DNA of 64,000 nucleotides from Amoebophrya sp. A120 (taxonomy: Eukaryota > Protista > Dinoflagellata), in contig CAJINV010000002.1 of assembly GCA_905178155.1 (NCBI GenBank), positions 5,327,709-5,391,708 on the forward strand, in the 5' to 3' direction. The notes beneath the pieces are model-generated. The model saw nothing but the letters and a program-made list of their open reading frames with translations. It did not search any database and was not told the DNA's origin. Below, piece by piece: positions 12,601 to 24,720 of this stretch. A program made the position numbers and the translations under genes. Each line of letters begins with the position of its first letter. Positions within the stretch are counted from its first letter, which is position 1.

Positions 12601-14281
12601 CGCCACCGCGGCGACCGCCAACACGTCGATTTCCAGCCGCTTCACGCAGGCGATCCAGGAAAATAACCGTATCAAATGTAAAAATGTCTTATGGCGCGCC
12701 TAAAGTAGCTTTTTTAAAAGTACTAGAATTTTTTTTTTGCAAGCGCTTCAGTGCCAGAACCTAGCTAATAAAACTAGCTAACTCTGAATATGCATGAGAA
12801 ATTTATTGCGAATAAGTGCAAAAGCACGTCGGCGTCGAGAGGTAAGTAGGCTGGTACCCTTCGAGGCTCTGGTCTACGGATCTGTCCAGAGCGGTCCCGT
12901 CGCCAAGCCTTGCTGAGGGTCCTCTACTCGGAGCTCTGGCTAGGTGTACGGTCCCGAAACGACGAAAACCGCGCGGAATTTACCAACCTCCGATACTCGG
13001 TTCCGAACATCCAGCCAGATCTTGACATTGGCGCACGATGGCGCTACCTACACTGCGACGGCGCATTAGCTGTCGAACATGGGAAAAAAAACCTCTGCGA
13101 ATCTATTGGGAAACTTCGCCCGAGTTTGTCCCCCTCCGCAGATGCCAACTGATCGGCCTCTTCGGGAGGGGTAGCTACATCGGGATTGGCGATTTTTTTG
13201 GGGGGTGTTTCGTAGGCCATTTTGCCGGCCACTTCGCGGGCCCTTTGGGGGCCCTGTGTTGGGGCAGGCCTGCGTGCCCGTTACTCTTTTCGCTGCGGTC
13301 CGCAGCAGGTGGCCTCCGCACTTGCGTATTGCGAACTCGTTCGCAAATTCGCAGTAGACACCGAACGTCATGAGATGGCCCACCTACTGTTTCAACCGGA
13401 GTAGATGACTTTGCGCACAACCAGAAACATGTCCGAGCTCGCCACGACGTACCGATAGCGCTCCGGACAGATCCGTGGGCCAGCCCTTCGTGGAAGACGA
13501 GCAAGCTACTACCTCTGAGTTAGACAACTGGTTACGCATGCAAAATTCCACCTAGTTTGATTAGCTAACTCTATCTAGTTTGGTATAGCTAGTTGCCGAC
13601 GTGCCGCACAAACATCAAAAAAAAAATTCTAGTACTTTTGAAAAAGCTACTTTAGGCGCGCCATATGTCTTGGCCTGGAAACTTGTAATGCTGCGTTGGG
13701 AATAGTGAATGCCCTGTAATGCACAGACAAGCATGAGAAATGTCTGCGCTTCTTTGTGTTGCGTTTTTCGCATGACAAGCTGCGTTTTTGCATGACAGGC
13801 AGAAGGGCCTCTTCTTGGACACGCATCATAAACTTTTTGATCATGCCAGACAACCATGACAAATCTCGCAATCTTCCAGACCCAGACATTTTTACAGTTG
13901 ATAAACCGGTTGGCGCTGCAATCGGTGCTCGAAAACGAGCACTACAAGAAGATGATTCGGAAGTTCCAGACGATCTTCAACAATCAGCTGCAAACCCTGC
14001 TGAACCAGGCGAAGCAAATTGTGGCGCAATTCGGCTTATCCTGTGCAAAAGTATCGTATTCGTATAAATGCAAGTCTTGCAGCATTACAAATTTTCTTCT
14101 CCAGGTAAATCCGCATTGCAAATTTTAATTCTCATGCTGAGGGAATTTGTCATGCATTTATACGAATCGAATATACTTTTGCAGTTCATATGGCTCGGAC
14201 CACTACCTTCACCAACTGCTGCTAAAATTGGACTTTAACGATCACTACTTGAACGCAAGCGTTGTGGTTCTGGGGGGCTAG
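6608..14281 (+). CDS. TUBGCP2: Gamma-tubulin complex component 2 (GCP2/Spc97) with low-complexity insertions; multi-exon, start approximate
   Basis: GRIP-domain motifs QEKALVEDILFCLLG, ILPLCEWH..GKIQHALCAA, PFFDMLADWLEEG..DVYDEFFV, FWHNRY..IPGFL..ILKAGKY, KYQCIFRHLIYLKYVEKRL, LRQQMYHFV and terminal LLLKLDFNDHY; TAG at 14279-14281. Confidence 0.85.
7543..7765. mobile_element. TIR introner, family D (opposite orientation to 4830 and 21260)
   Basis: TATGGCGTTCTCAACTGTTACATTCTCAACTG ... CAGTTGAGAATGTAACAATTGAGAACGCCATA, DR TACAA. Confidence 0.9.
10647..10745. mobile_element. TIR introner, family C (99 bp, shortest copy)
   Basis: TATGAAATGCAAAAGCATCGTACT ... GAGTGCGATACTTTTGCACAGGATA, DR CACAG. 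Confidence 0.85.
11107..11368. mobile_element. TIR introner, family A (reverse complement of the 3641-3902 type)
   Basis: Family A TIRs, DR CGAGT; interior is the reverse complement of the 3641 copy. Confidence 0.92.
12231..12472. mobile_element. TIR introner (diverged)
   Basis: TATCACAAGAAGAAAA ... TTTTTTCTTTGCATA, DR CTGTT; removal gives HTLLKLLSTCVLF. Confidence 0.78.
12670..13903. mobile_element. Composite family A introner (reverse complement of the 3977 type) carrying a nested element
   Basis: DR AACCG; left TIR is split at TGTCT by a 976-bp insertion; removing the whole unit gives ENNRLALQSVLE. Confidence 0.9.
12690..13665. mobile_element. 976-bp non-autonomous TIR element nested in an introner TIR
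   Basis: ~50-bp TIR TATGGCGCGCCTAAAGTAGCTTTTT..AAGTACTAGAATTTTTT and its reverse complement ending GGCGCGCCATA; DR TGTCT (12685-12689 and 13666-13670). Confidence 0.92.
14037..14190. mobile_element. TIR introner, family C (reverse complement of 2011-2159)
   Basis: TATCCTGTGCAAAAGTATCG ... TACTTTTGCAGTTCATA, DR CGGCT/TGGCT; removal gives FGSDHYLHQLLLKLDFN. Confidence 0.9.
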
Positions 14282-15430
14282 CGGTCGTGTGAGTATGTAC
14301 TTACAAACATAGCTGCTGCATTGTTTTGGTTTTTCTCATTTTACCGTCTCTCTTTGTGATTCTTGTGAAGATGGCCAAGCCCTCACACCGTTTAGCTGAA
14401 CTACAGTGCCCTCACTAAACTATCTGGCTCTGGGCCTCGAGCTTTTATCACGCTGTCGCACAAAGACAAAAGCAAATCTCAAACTCATTATTGTACTTGT
14501 TGCCGGCGGCGGCGGCGCGCAAAAACAAGTCTAGCATTCCTAGTAGTGCCAGAGTGTGTAGTTGAGCATCTGCAGCATGATTCGTAACGGTCGTGTATTT
14601 TCTAAGTTGGCCTGTGGTCCTGATGAAATATCAGAAGTCTGTTGTATCTACTATAGAACGAGGCTTAATAAGTGCGGGAGTGGTCATTGGCTTTTATGTC
14701 TGTTCCGATGTTAATTGATCTGTTCCGGTGCGGCGTACCTAAAGTTCTCAGAAAGTAAGCCGCGTAACTAATTGATTGAGTTGTGAGGCGATGGCAGGAT
14801 ATTTTTATATCGTGAGTAGTGTTGCCCGCGCAGCAAGTGCTGTTACCAGGTACTAACCACAATTGTGCGGCGCTGATGATTCCTTTTGCCACAGAACTTA
14901 CCGAGTAGAAGAAGTGAGCGCAGGAGCTGCTCCCGTTGTGGTCTACTGCTCTTATTTCAATTTCACTAACTTCCTGGATGAGCAAGAGCAAGTCACGCCG
15001 ACAGAGACAACTAGAGAAAAAGAAGAATTGAACGGAGACCACGACGGTGTGAATGCACAAACACGAAGATGCTATTTGCAGAACTGTTTCACTTGAGCAT
15101 TCGTCGCTCCTCGTGTCAAAGTAGTCGTGTTGTGTTCCGTTACTAGTGGTGCTAGTGCTAGATAAGACTGATTATAGTGCTGGCGTAGTTGAAGCGGGAG
15201 GACAAGCTGCATCAAGACGAGATCAAGATCTCCCCTCTCAGAATGTTTTTAACAGCACACTACGATATTGAAAATTTTTTTAAAAGCGCCGGAACAACAA
15301 GGACGAGCACGAGCAGCCCCTGCTTCATCCCTGTTCGATCGCGAGCACCACCAGCAATCCGAGTTTTTTGAGGAGCGGTTGGACAACTGTTGTTGCACAA
15401 GTAGAACAACTTCCAGGCCACCGTGAGCAA

Positions 15431-15743
15431 ATGCAACCGCCCGGTCCCGGGGATGCAACAAGTGGCCGCCCGCCCGGGGGTGGATCATCCGCAGCAGGAG
15501 GGGGCACCACGAGGACCGGCGTCGGCGGCAGTAGTTCGTCGGGAAGCGGGAACAAAATCAAGAATCCCCACCCGATTATGTCAACCATATCTTTTCCGCA
15601 GCAGATGAAACAGCCACCATTGCTCCTCCCCATCCCGTCAGCGCACGAGACGGCGTTGCGGCAAAACCCAAACCCAAATTACCAGCACGGCGGAGCGACA
15701 AGTTCCACAGCGGTGTTTCATCAGCGGACGTCGCAACGGGCGG
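15431..15743 (+). CDS. Possible coding exon (Gly/Pro/Gln-rich), perhaps the first exon of the downstream low-complexity gene
   Basis: MQPPGPGDATSGRPPGGGSS... with composition like neighbouring exons, ending at a GTATAG donor-like site. No homology recognised. Confidence 0.3.
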
Positions 15744-18700
15744 GTATAGTTTTAGAATTCGACTCGATATGATTTGTGATTAATTCTTTCTCGTGATTTA
15801 GTTTTGGTGGAAAAGAGATGAATGCTGCTTCTACTCACTTGCAATAGCGATGCAGATACTGCTAGCTAGAAAAGAAGTACCTCAAAAAACGAGGTGGACC
15901 ACCAGCAGCAACAGGTGTTTCTTTTTTTGCATCCGATATAACTAAAGATTTACTGTAGTACTAGAGCAGTCGTGCTCGTGGTTCGTTTCTCACTTGGTTT
16001 TGCATCCCGAGAATGCTCGGGAGAGTCGTTGTATTTCTCGAGATTTCTCGAGATTTCCAGCCTAGTAGAGGAAATTATCACTGATGTTAAATAGATGACA
16101 CAGGAGAGGAAGATCTTGATCTCTGTCTTCAACAGACTCCATGCTCTGATTCGCAGCGCCGAGCATGCACCGCATCACGCAGATGGATCCTTGTACTAGC
16201 AAGTTGCATTATGAATATACTTCCGAACTTTTTTTTATTCACTTTTTTGGAGTGAGGGTGGTTATACATATACATGCCTCTGATGAGAAGCTTCAAGTTA
16301 TTATACGAGATCTACAACTACTACTACAGCTACACCGACCTGAAAAGAGATCCAGCCAAGCGATTTGCAGCAGGAGCTTCTGCTACTTCGAAAAAAAGAC
16401 CGGTTGAGAACTATGTTGATTTTCGACCACACATAGAGAACCTTAGCAGCGAAGTAGAGTTCGTTTTTGCTAGCAGTCTGGAAGATGCTGAACAAGTTGA
16501 TCATGATCCGTTTTTTTTCGCGCACAAGAACTTTGCATGAAGTTGCACTACTTGAACTTGTAATCCCAGTCTTACGAAGAGGAGCAGAGCACTGCAGTAC
16601 TAGTTCGAAGCGATCTCAACAAGCGACCACGCACGGGCGTGTTGACCGCTGCCAACTGAAAAAAATTCTCCACAAAAACACAAAGCAGTCAGAGGAGTAG
16701 ATTTCTTGTAAGGATTTTCTAGAGAGACACTAGCACAGACAGATACTACAACTGCTATACGACGATAAAACTAGACCAGTACTTCTATAGGAAGATCAAT
16801 AAAGATTTAAGATTTAGTATCTAGAGAAGTTGGTAAGAATTTGAACTTCTACTGTACTTCAAGTTTACCGACTACTCTAATTGAGCACAAAATCATCTAG
16901 GACCTCCTCTATTACGGTAGTCAGTAGCAAAGCCCTCTAACGCTTTTTGAAAACGAACAAGAGCCGTACTATCACGACGCCAAACTACTACTACATCATC
17001 AAGTAGAAGAAGGCGCGTGGTCCGATTAGTGCGCCGCAAGAAGAGGTACTAGTACAGGAAATACAACCAGAGGTAGTATTTGTATTGTCTGACTCAATTT
17101 GAATTTGTATGATGAACTCCATTGAAAAATTTCCGAAGCAGAAACAGTGGCTCTCTACTCTCTAACTGTTTTCCTGTCCGCTTTCTATCGGAATAAATTA
17201 CCTCCAGGCGGGGGCGGTCGTAAAAAATAAATTGAACTTCTGAAGTATTGCTTCTTGCACGTTGTAAGAACAGTAGATCTTACTATTAGTGCCACACCCA
17301 CACAAGAAGTACTAGTTTTATCAGACATGATTGTGGTCCTCAAGCTGCTAGAAAATCCGAGCACGTAAACCTCTTGGTTGCTAAGGCTGACACCCTCCTC
17401 TACTTTTTTCGGCGACAGTTTTTTTTACGCACTGTCTAAATTCTAACTCCGACATCAAATAATGTTTTTGACCATATTTTGATGCCCATGAAACACCAAA
17501 ATTAGTTGCCGCATTGACAAAAAGGAGAAGACTTGTCCCCCTGCTAGAACTGTTGATCGCGATTTCATCTAGATTTCTTTCACCACGCTAGGAGCTATTA
17601 TTGTAGTTGATTTTATATTTACTGACAAGCCGCACCCTTGGGCTTGATTTATTACTTCTCACTTTTTATTTCCGTATTTTGAAGAATTTGAATATCAGAC
17701 ACATCAACCAAAAGCATCGAGACTCTCAAATCGAGCTCGTGTGCCGTAACAATAACTACCTTCGGCGCAAAGGTGGGAATAAGTAGTCTATTTCAAGACG
17801 TACTACCACGGCACTATCACTTTTGTGTACAGAAGCAGCCTGTTGTAGTGCCCCTTTGCGCTGGGTGGATCGTTTCTTCGCAAACGAGCCGCTCAAGCTC
17901 TTGGCTCCTTTCATTCTTATTTTCGCTTTCTTGTTCCCGCAGAATATTAATATTTCGGGTGTTAAGTGATAAAAGATAGATATCATTCTCATATCGATAG
18001 GGTACTAGGAGTGGTTCTGGTTGATTGTGGAACGAATTTGTACAAATCCACAAGCACAATTTTCCCTTGTTATTGTAAGCGCACCTTGTGCGTTCACAAC
18101 CGACTTCGACGTAGTCCGAAGGTAGGTTGAGGGTTCATGAGATCGCGTTTTCTCTTCAGAAACCTATTTTTATGCCGGAGATAAAATACGTATACGGCGC
18201 TTGCGCTTGTCGCAGCGTTTCCACATTTCTATTTGACGGCTTATTTGCACCACAAACACGCTCACAGTCGTGGGCTTTGCTTATTTTTTCTTTTTGTTGT
18301 TGACACTACGATACTCGGCTTTCGTTTCTTGATTTTCTATATCTTCCGTAAATCAAAATCATTGATACACATGCACCTACCAGCGAGTCATTGATAACGA
18401 TGTTTTAAAACTAGACAAGCAACTGGCGTTTCGAAACTATACAAGCAACTGGCGAGATATTTTTATTACAGAGCATTCATTCCAATTTTTTGTCATTGTG
18501 TATTTATTCCGGTACTTTTCATTTCATTTTTTTTTTTCGTCTTAGATGAACAGGTCGCGGCTGACGAGTATGAATATTGTTGTTTGTGACTAGCAGCCTG
18601 GCCTCGTCCCGATTTATTTCCTGCTACTACCACTAGCACTACCTACTTTTAATAAATATTTGTACACGACGTTCTTTCTACATACATGTCGACAAGAGCT

Positions 18701-19200
18701 GCATCACAGATGACCACCTCCTTCTTCGTCGGCGGAAGTCGTGCGACCTTTTTGGCCAGGAAGTAGACGTTCTGATTTTCAACAAGCGGAGGTACAACTA
18801 CAAGCTGCAAAACATCTTCTTCACCTCCCTCGACTTCAATCAGCTTGAGTATCAAACGGCGTGCTTCTTTCTTTTCATACACGTCAAACCAGGACTGCTG
18901 GCTGCGGTGAGGTTCCTCCATCAGCACTAGTTAGTAGAAGTAATAGACGCTGCACAAGCAGTAGACCTCCACCGATATCACACTTTGTCGAAAACCAAGC
19001 CCGAAGACGACCGTGGACAATCAAGAAGAGGCTTCTGAGAATATCATCCGGCCGAGGAAAACATCCAATAACTTTCTTCGAAGTTTTGTGTTGTATTGAA
19101 TTCTACGATTCGGGCGGCAGCGACGAGTAAAGAAACATCGTCTGGAGAACTACTGTGTCAACAGCAAATCTTTTCAACCAACTGCACAAAAATTCTGATC

Positions 19201-22200
19201 ATGCCTGCACCAACGAAAGTGTCATCTCTTGTTCCTCCGGGACAGCAGCTCCTGCGCGAGGAAGGAGTTCCTTTTTCATCAGAAGTCGGTGCGGAGATGT
19301 TGTTGACCAACTGCGACGAGGCAAACAAAGAAGAGTCCTATGAGAAGTGCTGTCCGGTTCAAGTACTAGAAAATAATTCGGCTGATGCACTTGCACAACA
19401 AGTATCAGAAGGAAGTGATCCTCGCGGCGACGAAGATGAGGGCATGAACTTGCGGCAGAGCGATGTGATTCACCCAAGAGCGGGCGTTGTACCAGGACAG
19501 AAGATCGAGCAGCAGATCTTGTTTCGGGCGAGCAGTTGTACCGCGGCTACACCTCCGATGGAGCAGACGACGCCGAATTTTGAGCGTCCTCGCACTACGG
19601 ACGATATCGTCACGGATCCGAACAACGTCGCGGCAGGTAGTGGTAGAAGAACCTCGGGGCGGCGGTCGCCCTCGTGGTCTAGTCGTACCCCGACGGCAGC
19701 GATGAATATTGCGCCAGATTTGTTGGTTGATGCCAGGTTTGTTGGTACTAGCTTATCGACTCCAAGAGCTCCACCGAGTTGTGCAGGGAAAAAGGTGGTG
19801 GAGCTGCTGAACCAGGAAATGAAGAAGAAGAAGGACACGAAGGGGGACGACGACCACGTCCATGATAAAAATCCCAGAGTACTAGCTGTCGAACAATCTT
19901 CCACGGTCGCGGCCGACCAGGCAGCAGGAGGTGGTGGCGCGGCGGCCATGCGGCAACCTGCATTTGGACCACAGAGAGGTGGTCGTGGACCTGGAACTGA
20001 AGCTGCTTTCTTTTCGCCCAAAACCGGCCGTGCAGGTTGTATGATTATGATGAACAACTACAACACGCAGGTCGTTGATGAAGAGCAACTGATGATGACT
20101 CCGACGAGCACCAACATGCACGGACAGGAACAACAACATCTGCAAGACAGCACGCTGCAGCATTATTCCTTCCCGAATCTGCAGCCCTCGCTGTCTCTGT
20201 CCCGCGATTGCTCGGCGGAGACCATGACCATGCAATGGACGACAACAAATGGAGGTGTTCTTGTCGGCGGTGGTCGCGGTGGTCACCAGCAACCGCAGCA
20301 TCAGCATCATCGTCGTCACTACTCCCTTATCAAGTGTAAAGATGTCTGGGTCTGAAAGAATGCGCGATTTGTCATGCCGCTTTTCCATGACCCATGAGGT
20401 CTCAAATGCCGCCGGAGCTAGCATGACAGATTCTGCAAGAACTTTCTAATGCCTATCCTGCATGAGAAACTACCTCCCGACTTGGTCAAAATTGGGCGAC
20501 TTTTGGTAATCATGCAACACAGATTTTTGCATGCTGCAGTTGCAGATTTAGCATGACAAGTTGCAATCTTCCAGACCCAGACATTTTTACATTTGATATC
20601 CCTCGACAGTACAGCCAGCACGGGGTTGCAACTGCTCAGCAGCTCCTATGGGCCGCACCAGACGCCTCCCAACCCACACTACCACAACTACACTCCCATG
20701 GCAAGAGACCGCTCCCACACGACACCTCGCTTTCACATCCCCGCCGGCTCCCCGCAGGCCTCCGAGGATGCCAGCACGCCGAGAGTCATGCAATTTCCGC
20801 CCATCGACACGCCTAAAGGTTATAGTTCTGAAGATCATCAGGGGCAGGTGGGATCAGGTAGTTCTCCTGGTGGCGGGGATGAACTACATCAAGAACGAGA
20901 GGGCAAAAACGCGGGTACTAGGGCGACGTCAGCACCATCGGCTGCCGTACAAATCGCTCCCCGAACCCTGTTTTCCATGTCGAACTCAGCTCAAGATAGC
21001 AACGGGGGCTTGAACGGCAAGTCGCTGCCAAATCTGGGACCCCTGCTCCTCCGCGGCGAGTCCAACCAGAGTTCTTTGGACGGTCAGTTTTGTGCTGGTG
21101 TGGGACGAGGGGAAGAAATATACGTTCTAGATAACGCCGGGACACCAGCATCAAAGGAGCTGCACCAACCTGGGATGGTGATGAGGATGCGACAGGGAAG
21201 GTTCCAACACCGCCAACAACCCTCGATCGAGGAGGAGAGTCCATCCAACATCCCCGCGTTATGGTGTTCTCAAACGTTACATTCTCAACTGTTACATGGA
21301 TTTGCATTTGTGATGCTAAAATGGGAAAAATGAAAGGGGGGGGCATTGCGCGTCTTGCATGACAGATTTGGCACAGATTGTCAGCCTGTTTGGCCCTTCC
21401 AGACTTTGTCATGCAGAACAGCTTGATCGTGTAGATGATAATGGTAGTTTTGCATGACAAATCATGTAACCACTGAGAATGTAACACTTGAGAACTCCAT
21501 ACGCGTCACGGTGCGCCGCGCACGGTGACAGCATGGTCGAGACCGCGATCCAGAATATCAAGCTGTCGCCCGCCGGCGTTCATCATGGCAGTAGTGGAGC
21601 GGGGGGCTTCTTCCAGAAAAATACTGGTACGTGGTCCAGGGGACCGAGCACAACACCTCCAAGGGGGCTACTTCTACAAAATAACCGTCAGGAGTTCTCA
21701 TCTCCTCGTTGCGGACGACCGGGCGATGCGGGGACTCCTGATACGGCAAGTGATGTTGGTCCAGGAGAAGATACACCACGACCAGCAAACGGCGGGCACG
21801 ATTTTAGTAGTGCCAGCAAATCGTCGTCCTCGTCCCCGCTAGTAGTCGTGGCAGAGGGCGAGCAGACGGAAAGGGAAACACCATCATCTCCTGGAGAGAG
21901 CGATCCTGATCTGCTTCTGGATGAAGAAGCCTCTGGTGCTCGTGGTCCTCTCCATCGCAGCTCCTCCTACGTCGCCCGTGCGCAGCAGCTCCGGCGGGGC
22001 GGCAGTTCTGGCACAACGGGCAGCCGCACCAGTATGAGAGTGGTGCACAACTGCTCCCTCTTTCCTTCATTTGTATTGCATGCATGGCAAGAACAGAAGA
22101 ATGTTGGTTCCGCATCACAAATCTGCACACGAATTTTAGTACTGTCTGACAGGTTCCATGTCATGCGGACAGTGCTTAAAGACAGGAGGGGGATTCGGTA

Positions 22201-24720
22201 TTTTGATTTTGCATATACAAGTGCGAGGGAGAGGCGGGGGTCGAGTTGTGCACTACTTTCATAACCAGCTCTGGTTGTGGTCGTCGAGGAGTTCTTGCAG
22301 TTGGTTCTCTGGCCGTCGGAGGAGACGATCTTCTGGGAGGAGGGGCACCAGCTCACCACCTGCCGGAACCTCCGACGCCAAGGGTGCTAGAAATTTTGAA
22401 CGACACGGCTTCCTCCCCCGCTTCCGGCGCATCACCTACCTCTTTAATAAGGGCAGAAGTTGTAGACGTAGTAGAGCACCCACCTCCACCTCCTGCTCCT
22501 CCTGCTATAGCTGGTGAAGACGTTGTTGAAGAGGACGTTAAGCGATCACCTTTTCTGGGTCAACATCAGAGTAGAGACCACCACGACGACGACCTGGACC
22601 ACAAAACAAGGATCAACGCAGAGGAGGACATCGCGATCCGGACCGTTCCGGGGCAGTTCAACCGTCCGGCCGGGGAAGACGTTTTCGGGGAGTGCGGAGA
22701 CGACGAAGTTCCAGATGATGTTCGGCTCTCATCTATCCTCCGTGAAACTGTTGAAATAAACGTCGTCCCACGACCCGAGATGTGTCAAAAATGTGCATGA
22801 ATCAAACCAAAATGAAATTTCTCTTGCGCAGCCACATGAGAAGCGGTTTTGAATGCTCGTCGTTTCTGGGAGTTTGCAAAAAAAAAGGTTAAGGTTTGTC
22901 AACATACTAGACCTAGAGGCAGGACGACGGCGAGGCGATTGATTTGTGATGCCGCGCCCGCAGCTAGTACACTCGCTAGTATTAGAACGATTACATTACG
23001 AGCCCAAGTTTGATGTCATGCGCGAAAACCACAGGGTGTTCTGTTGCGTTGATGGTTTGTGTAGCAAAATTAAATACGTACTCATCTCCGTGGCGGGGAA
23101 GTTTTTGCGCAGGATATCATCGTCCGCTTTGGTGTTTCATCCACGACAAGTTGGGGAGAACGAAGCAGCGGGCACTCTTCACGTCACACAGAAACAAGGG
23201 GATCCAGACCCATCCCTTCCAGCTCGCAGCTCTTGCCCAGAGGAAGAGTTACCACAACCTACGTCGACGAGGACCCTTCTAGAAGAGCCAGCTGTTGGCG
23301 TGTTGAAGGAAGAGCATCACAGGCTAGAAAAAGGTGAACAGGTAGTGGAAAATGATGCAAAAGCACGACGTGCTGACGCTTGTGAAGAGGACCAAAAAGC
23401 GATCGTGCGCGGCGATGAAGGACCACAGCAAATTGACACGCAGCAAGTGCAGCAGCGACAGGAGATGCTGAGCCAGGACAAAATTAGTCTTCAGCAAGCG
23501 ATGTTTATGCAAGAAAAAAACTGTCGTGCAAGTACTCAAGTTTCACTTTGTGTTGCGGTTGCGGACGATGCAAGATGTTGACAGGAGTCACACCTGTGGT
23601 CATTGTTCTGGATGTGCATGATCTCCATAGGCTCGCTGCTTCATGCGTCGTGTAGTTCTTTTGATTTACTAGCTGCGCATGAAAAATATGAAAATTCTAA
23701 TTCAAAACAAATTGGTGATGCTGTTTAGTTTACCTTACATACATTACAAAAGTGACGCTTGCAGCATGCTTTTTTTCGTGGATAACGTTACTGAGCGAAA
23801 CAAAAACGACGACCACCACCTGGACGATAGGTGAGACCGCGCGGACGAAAATGTCATCTAAAGGGGGCACAACATCCTGCGGGGCAGGCCGCGCTGTTGT
23901 ATCTACGTCTAAAACCACCACAAAAAAGTCGATTGAGATTCAGTACCACGACGGTAACTACAATCGTCACCACCACCGCGACCACGAGCTGCAGCAGCAG
24001 GAGGGTGACAACAAGATGCCCGCCATCGTGCAGCACGAAGATGAGTTGCAGCGAGATGGTGCATCGAATAACAATTTTTATCCAGCACCCGCCAGCAAAT
24101 ATAGTTCTAGTTCTTCTACTCCAGCGGGCAAAAATCGCCCGAGGCAGAACTACATCAACCTCGGCAAGACGAGAAGCATCTCCCACACAGCTTCACCAAC
24201 CAGTGGGGCCTCGTCCGCGGTCCCTAGCGCACCTGGTTCTTATGTGACACGGCAGATTTCTGGAGGGCGTACTATGAACAAGACCACGGCCGCTCCTGTC
24301 GCAAATTATGGCTACAAGAAAAGTGCTGGAACGGAACAGCAGCAACAGCAATACTCTCAAAAAATTGATGTGTATCCCCTACCTCAGCAAGAGCACCAGC
24401 GTTTATTTGAAGAGTATCCGACATCATTCCCGAAGATCCCGGCGGGGGAACCAAATTGGAAGGGACCATCTTCAAAGGGAGCGGTTTTTCCAGCGGGACG
24501 CGACGTGGTGCACCAGTATTACGTAAATCACAACCAGTGTAGCAGTAGTGGAACTGGTTTCAACAGTACTAGCAACCACTTCTACAACAAAGGGGCTTCT
24601 GGTGGACGTCGAGGAGGAGGTGGAGCTCCTGCAGCTGATGTTGCCAGCAGCTACGGCTACCACTCCACGTCCACCGAACACACGACAGCAGGCGACAATT
24701 TTTACCCAAATTACTCCAGT
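19201..24720 (+). CDS. Large low-complexity (Ser/Gln/Gly/His-rich) hypothetical protein; multi-exon; possibly the N-terminal part of the PKG-like gene
   Basis: Long ORFs 19096-20355, 20593-21333, 21488-22264 and 22246-22800 join in frame on removal of three introners. ORFs 22946-23581 and 23752-24777 continue in the same style. No domain recognised. Confidence 0.55.
20328..20598. mobile_element. TIR introner, family A
   Basis: Family A TIRs, DR TCCCT; in-frame on removal (HYSLDSTAS). Confidence 0.92.
21260..21501. mobile_element. TIR introner, family D
   Basis: TATGGTGTTCTCAAACGTTACATTCTCA ... TGAGAATGTAACACTTGAGAACTCCATA, DR CGCGT. Confidence 0.9.
22033..22263. mobile_element. TIR introner, distinct family
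   Basis: TATGAGAGTGGTGCACAACT ... AGTTGTGCACTACTTTCATA, DR ACCAG. Confidence 0.88.

Noticed and set aside
22768-23147. 7-bp repeat CCACGAC giving an in-frame junction without TIRs
   Set aside because: A canonical-looking acceptor (TTTTTGCGCAG at ~23112) offers an ordinary explanation; this cannot be resolved without RNA data.
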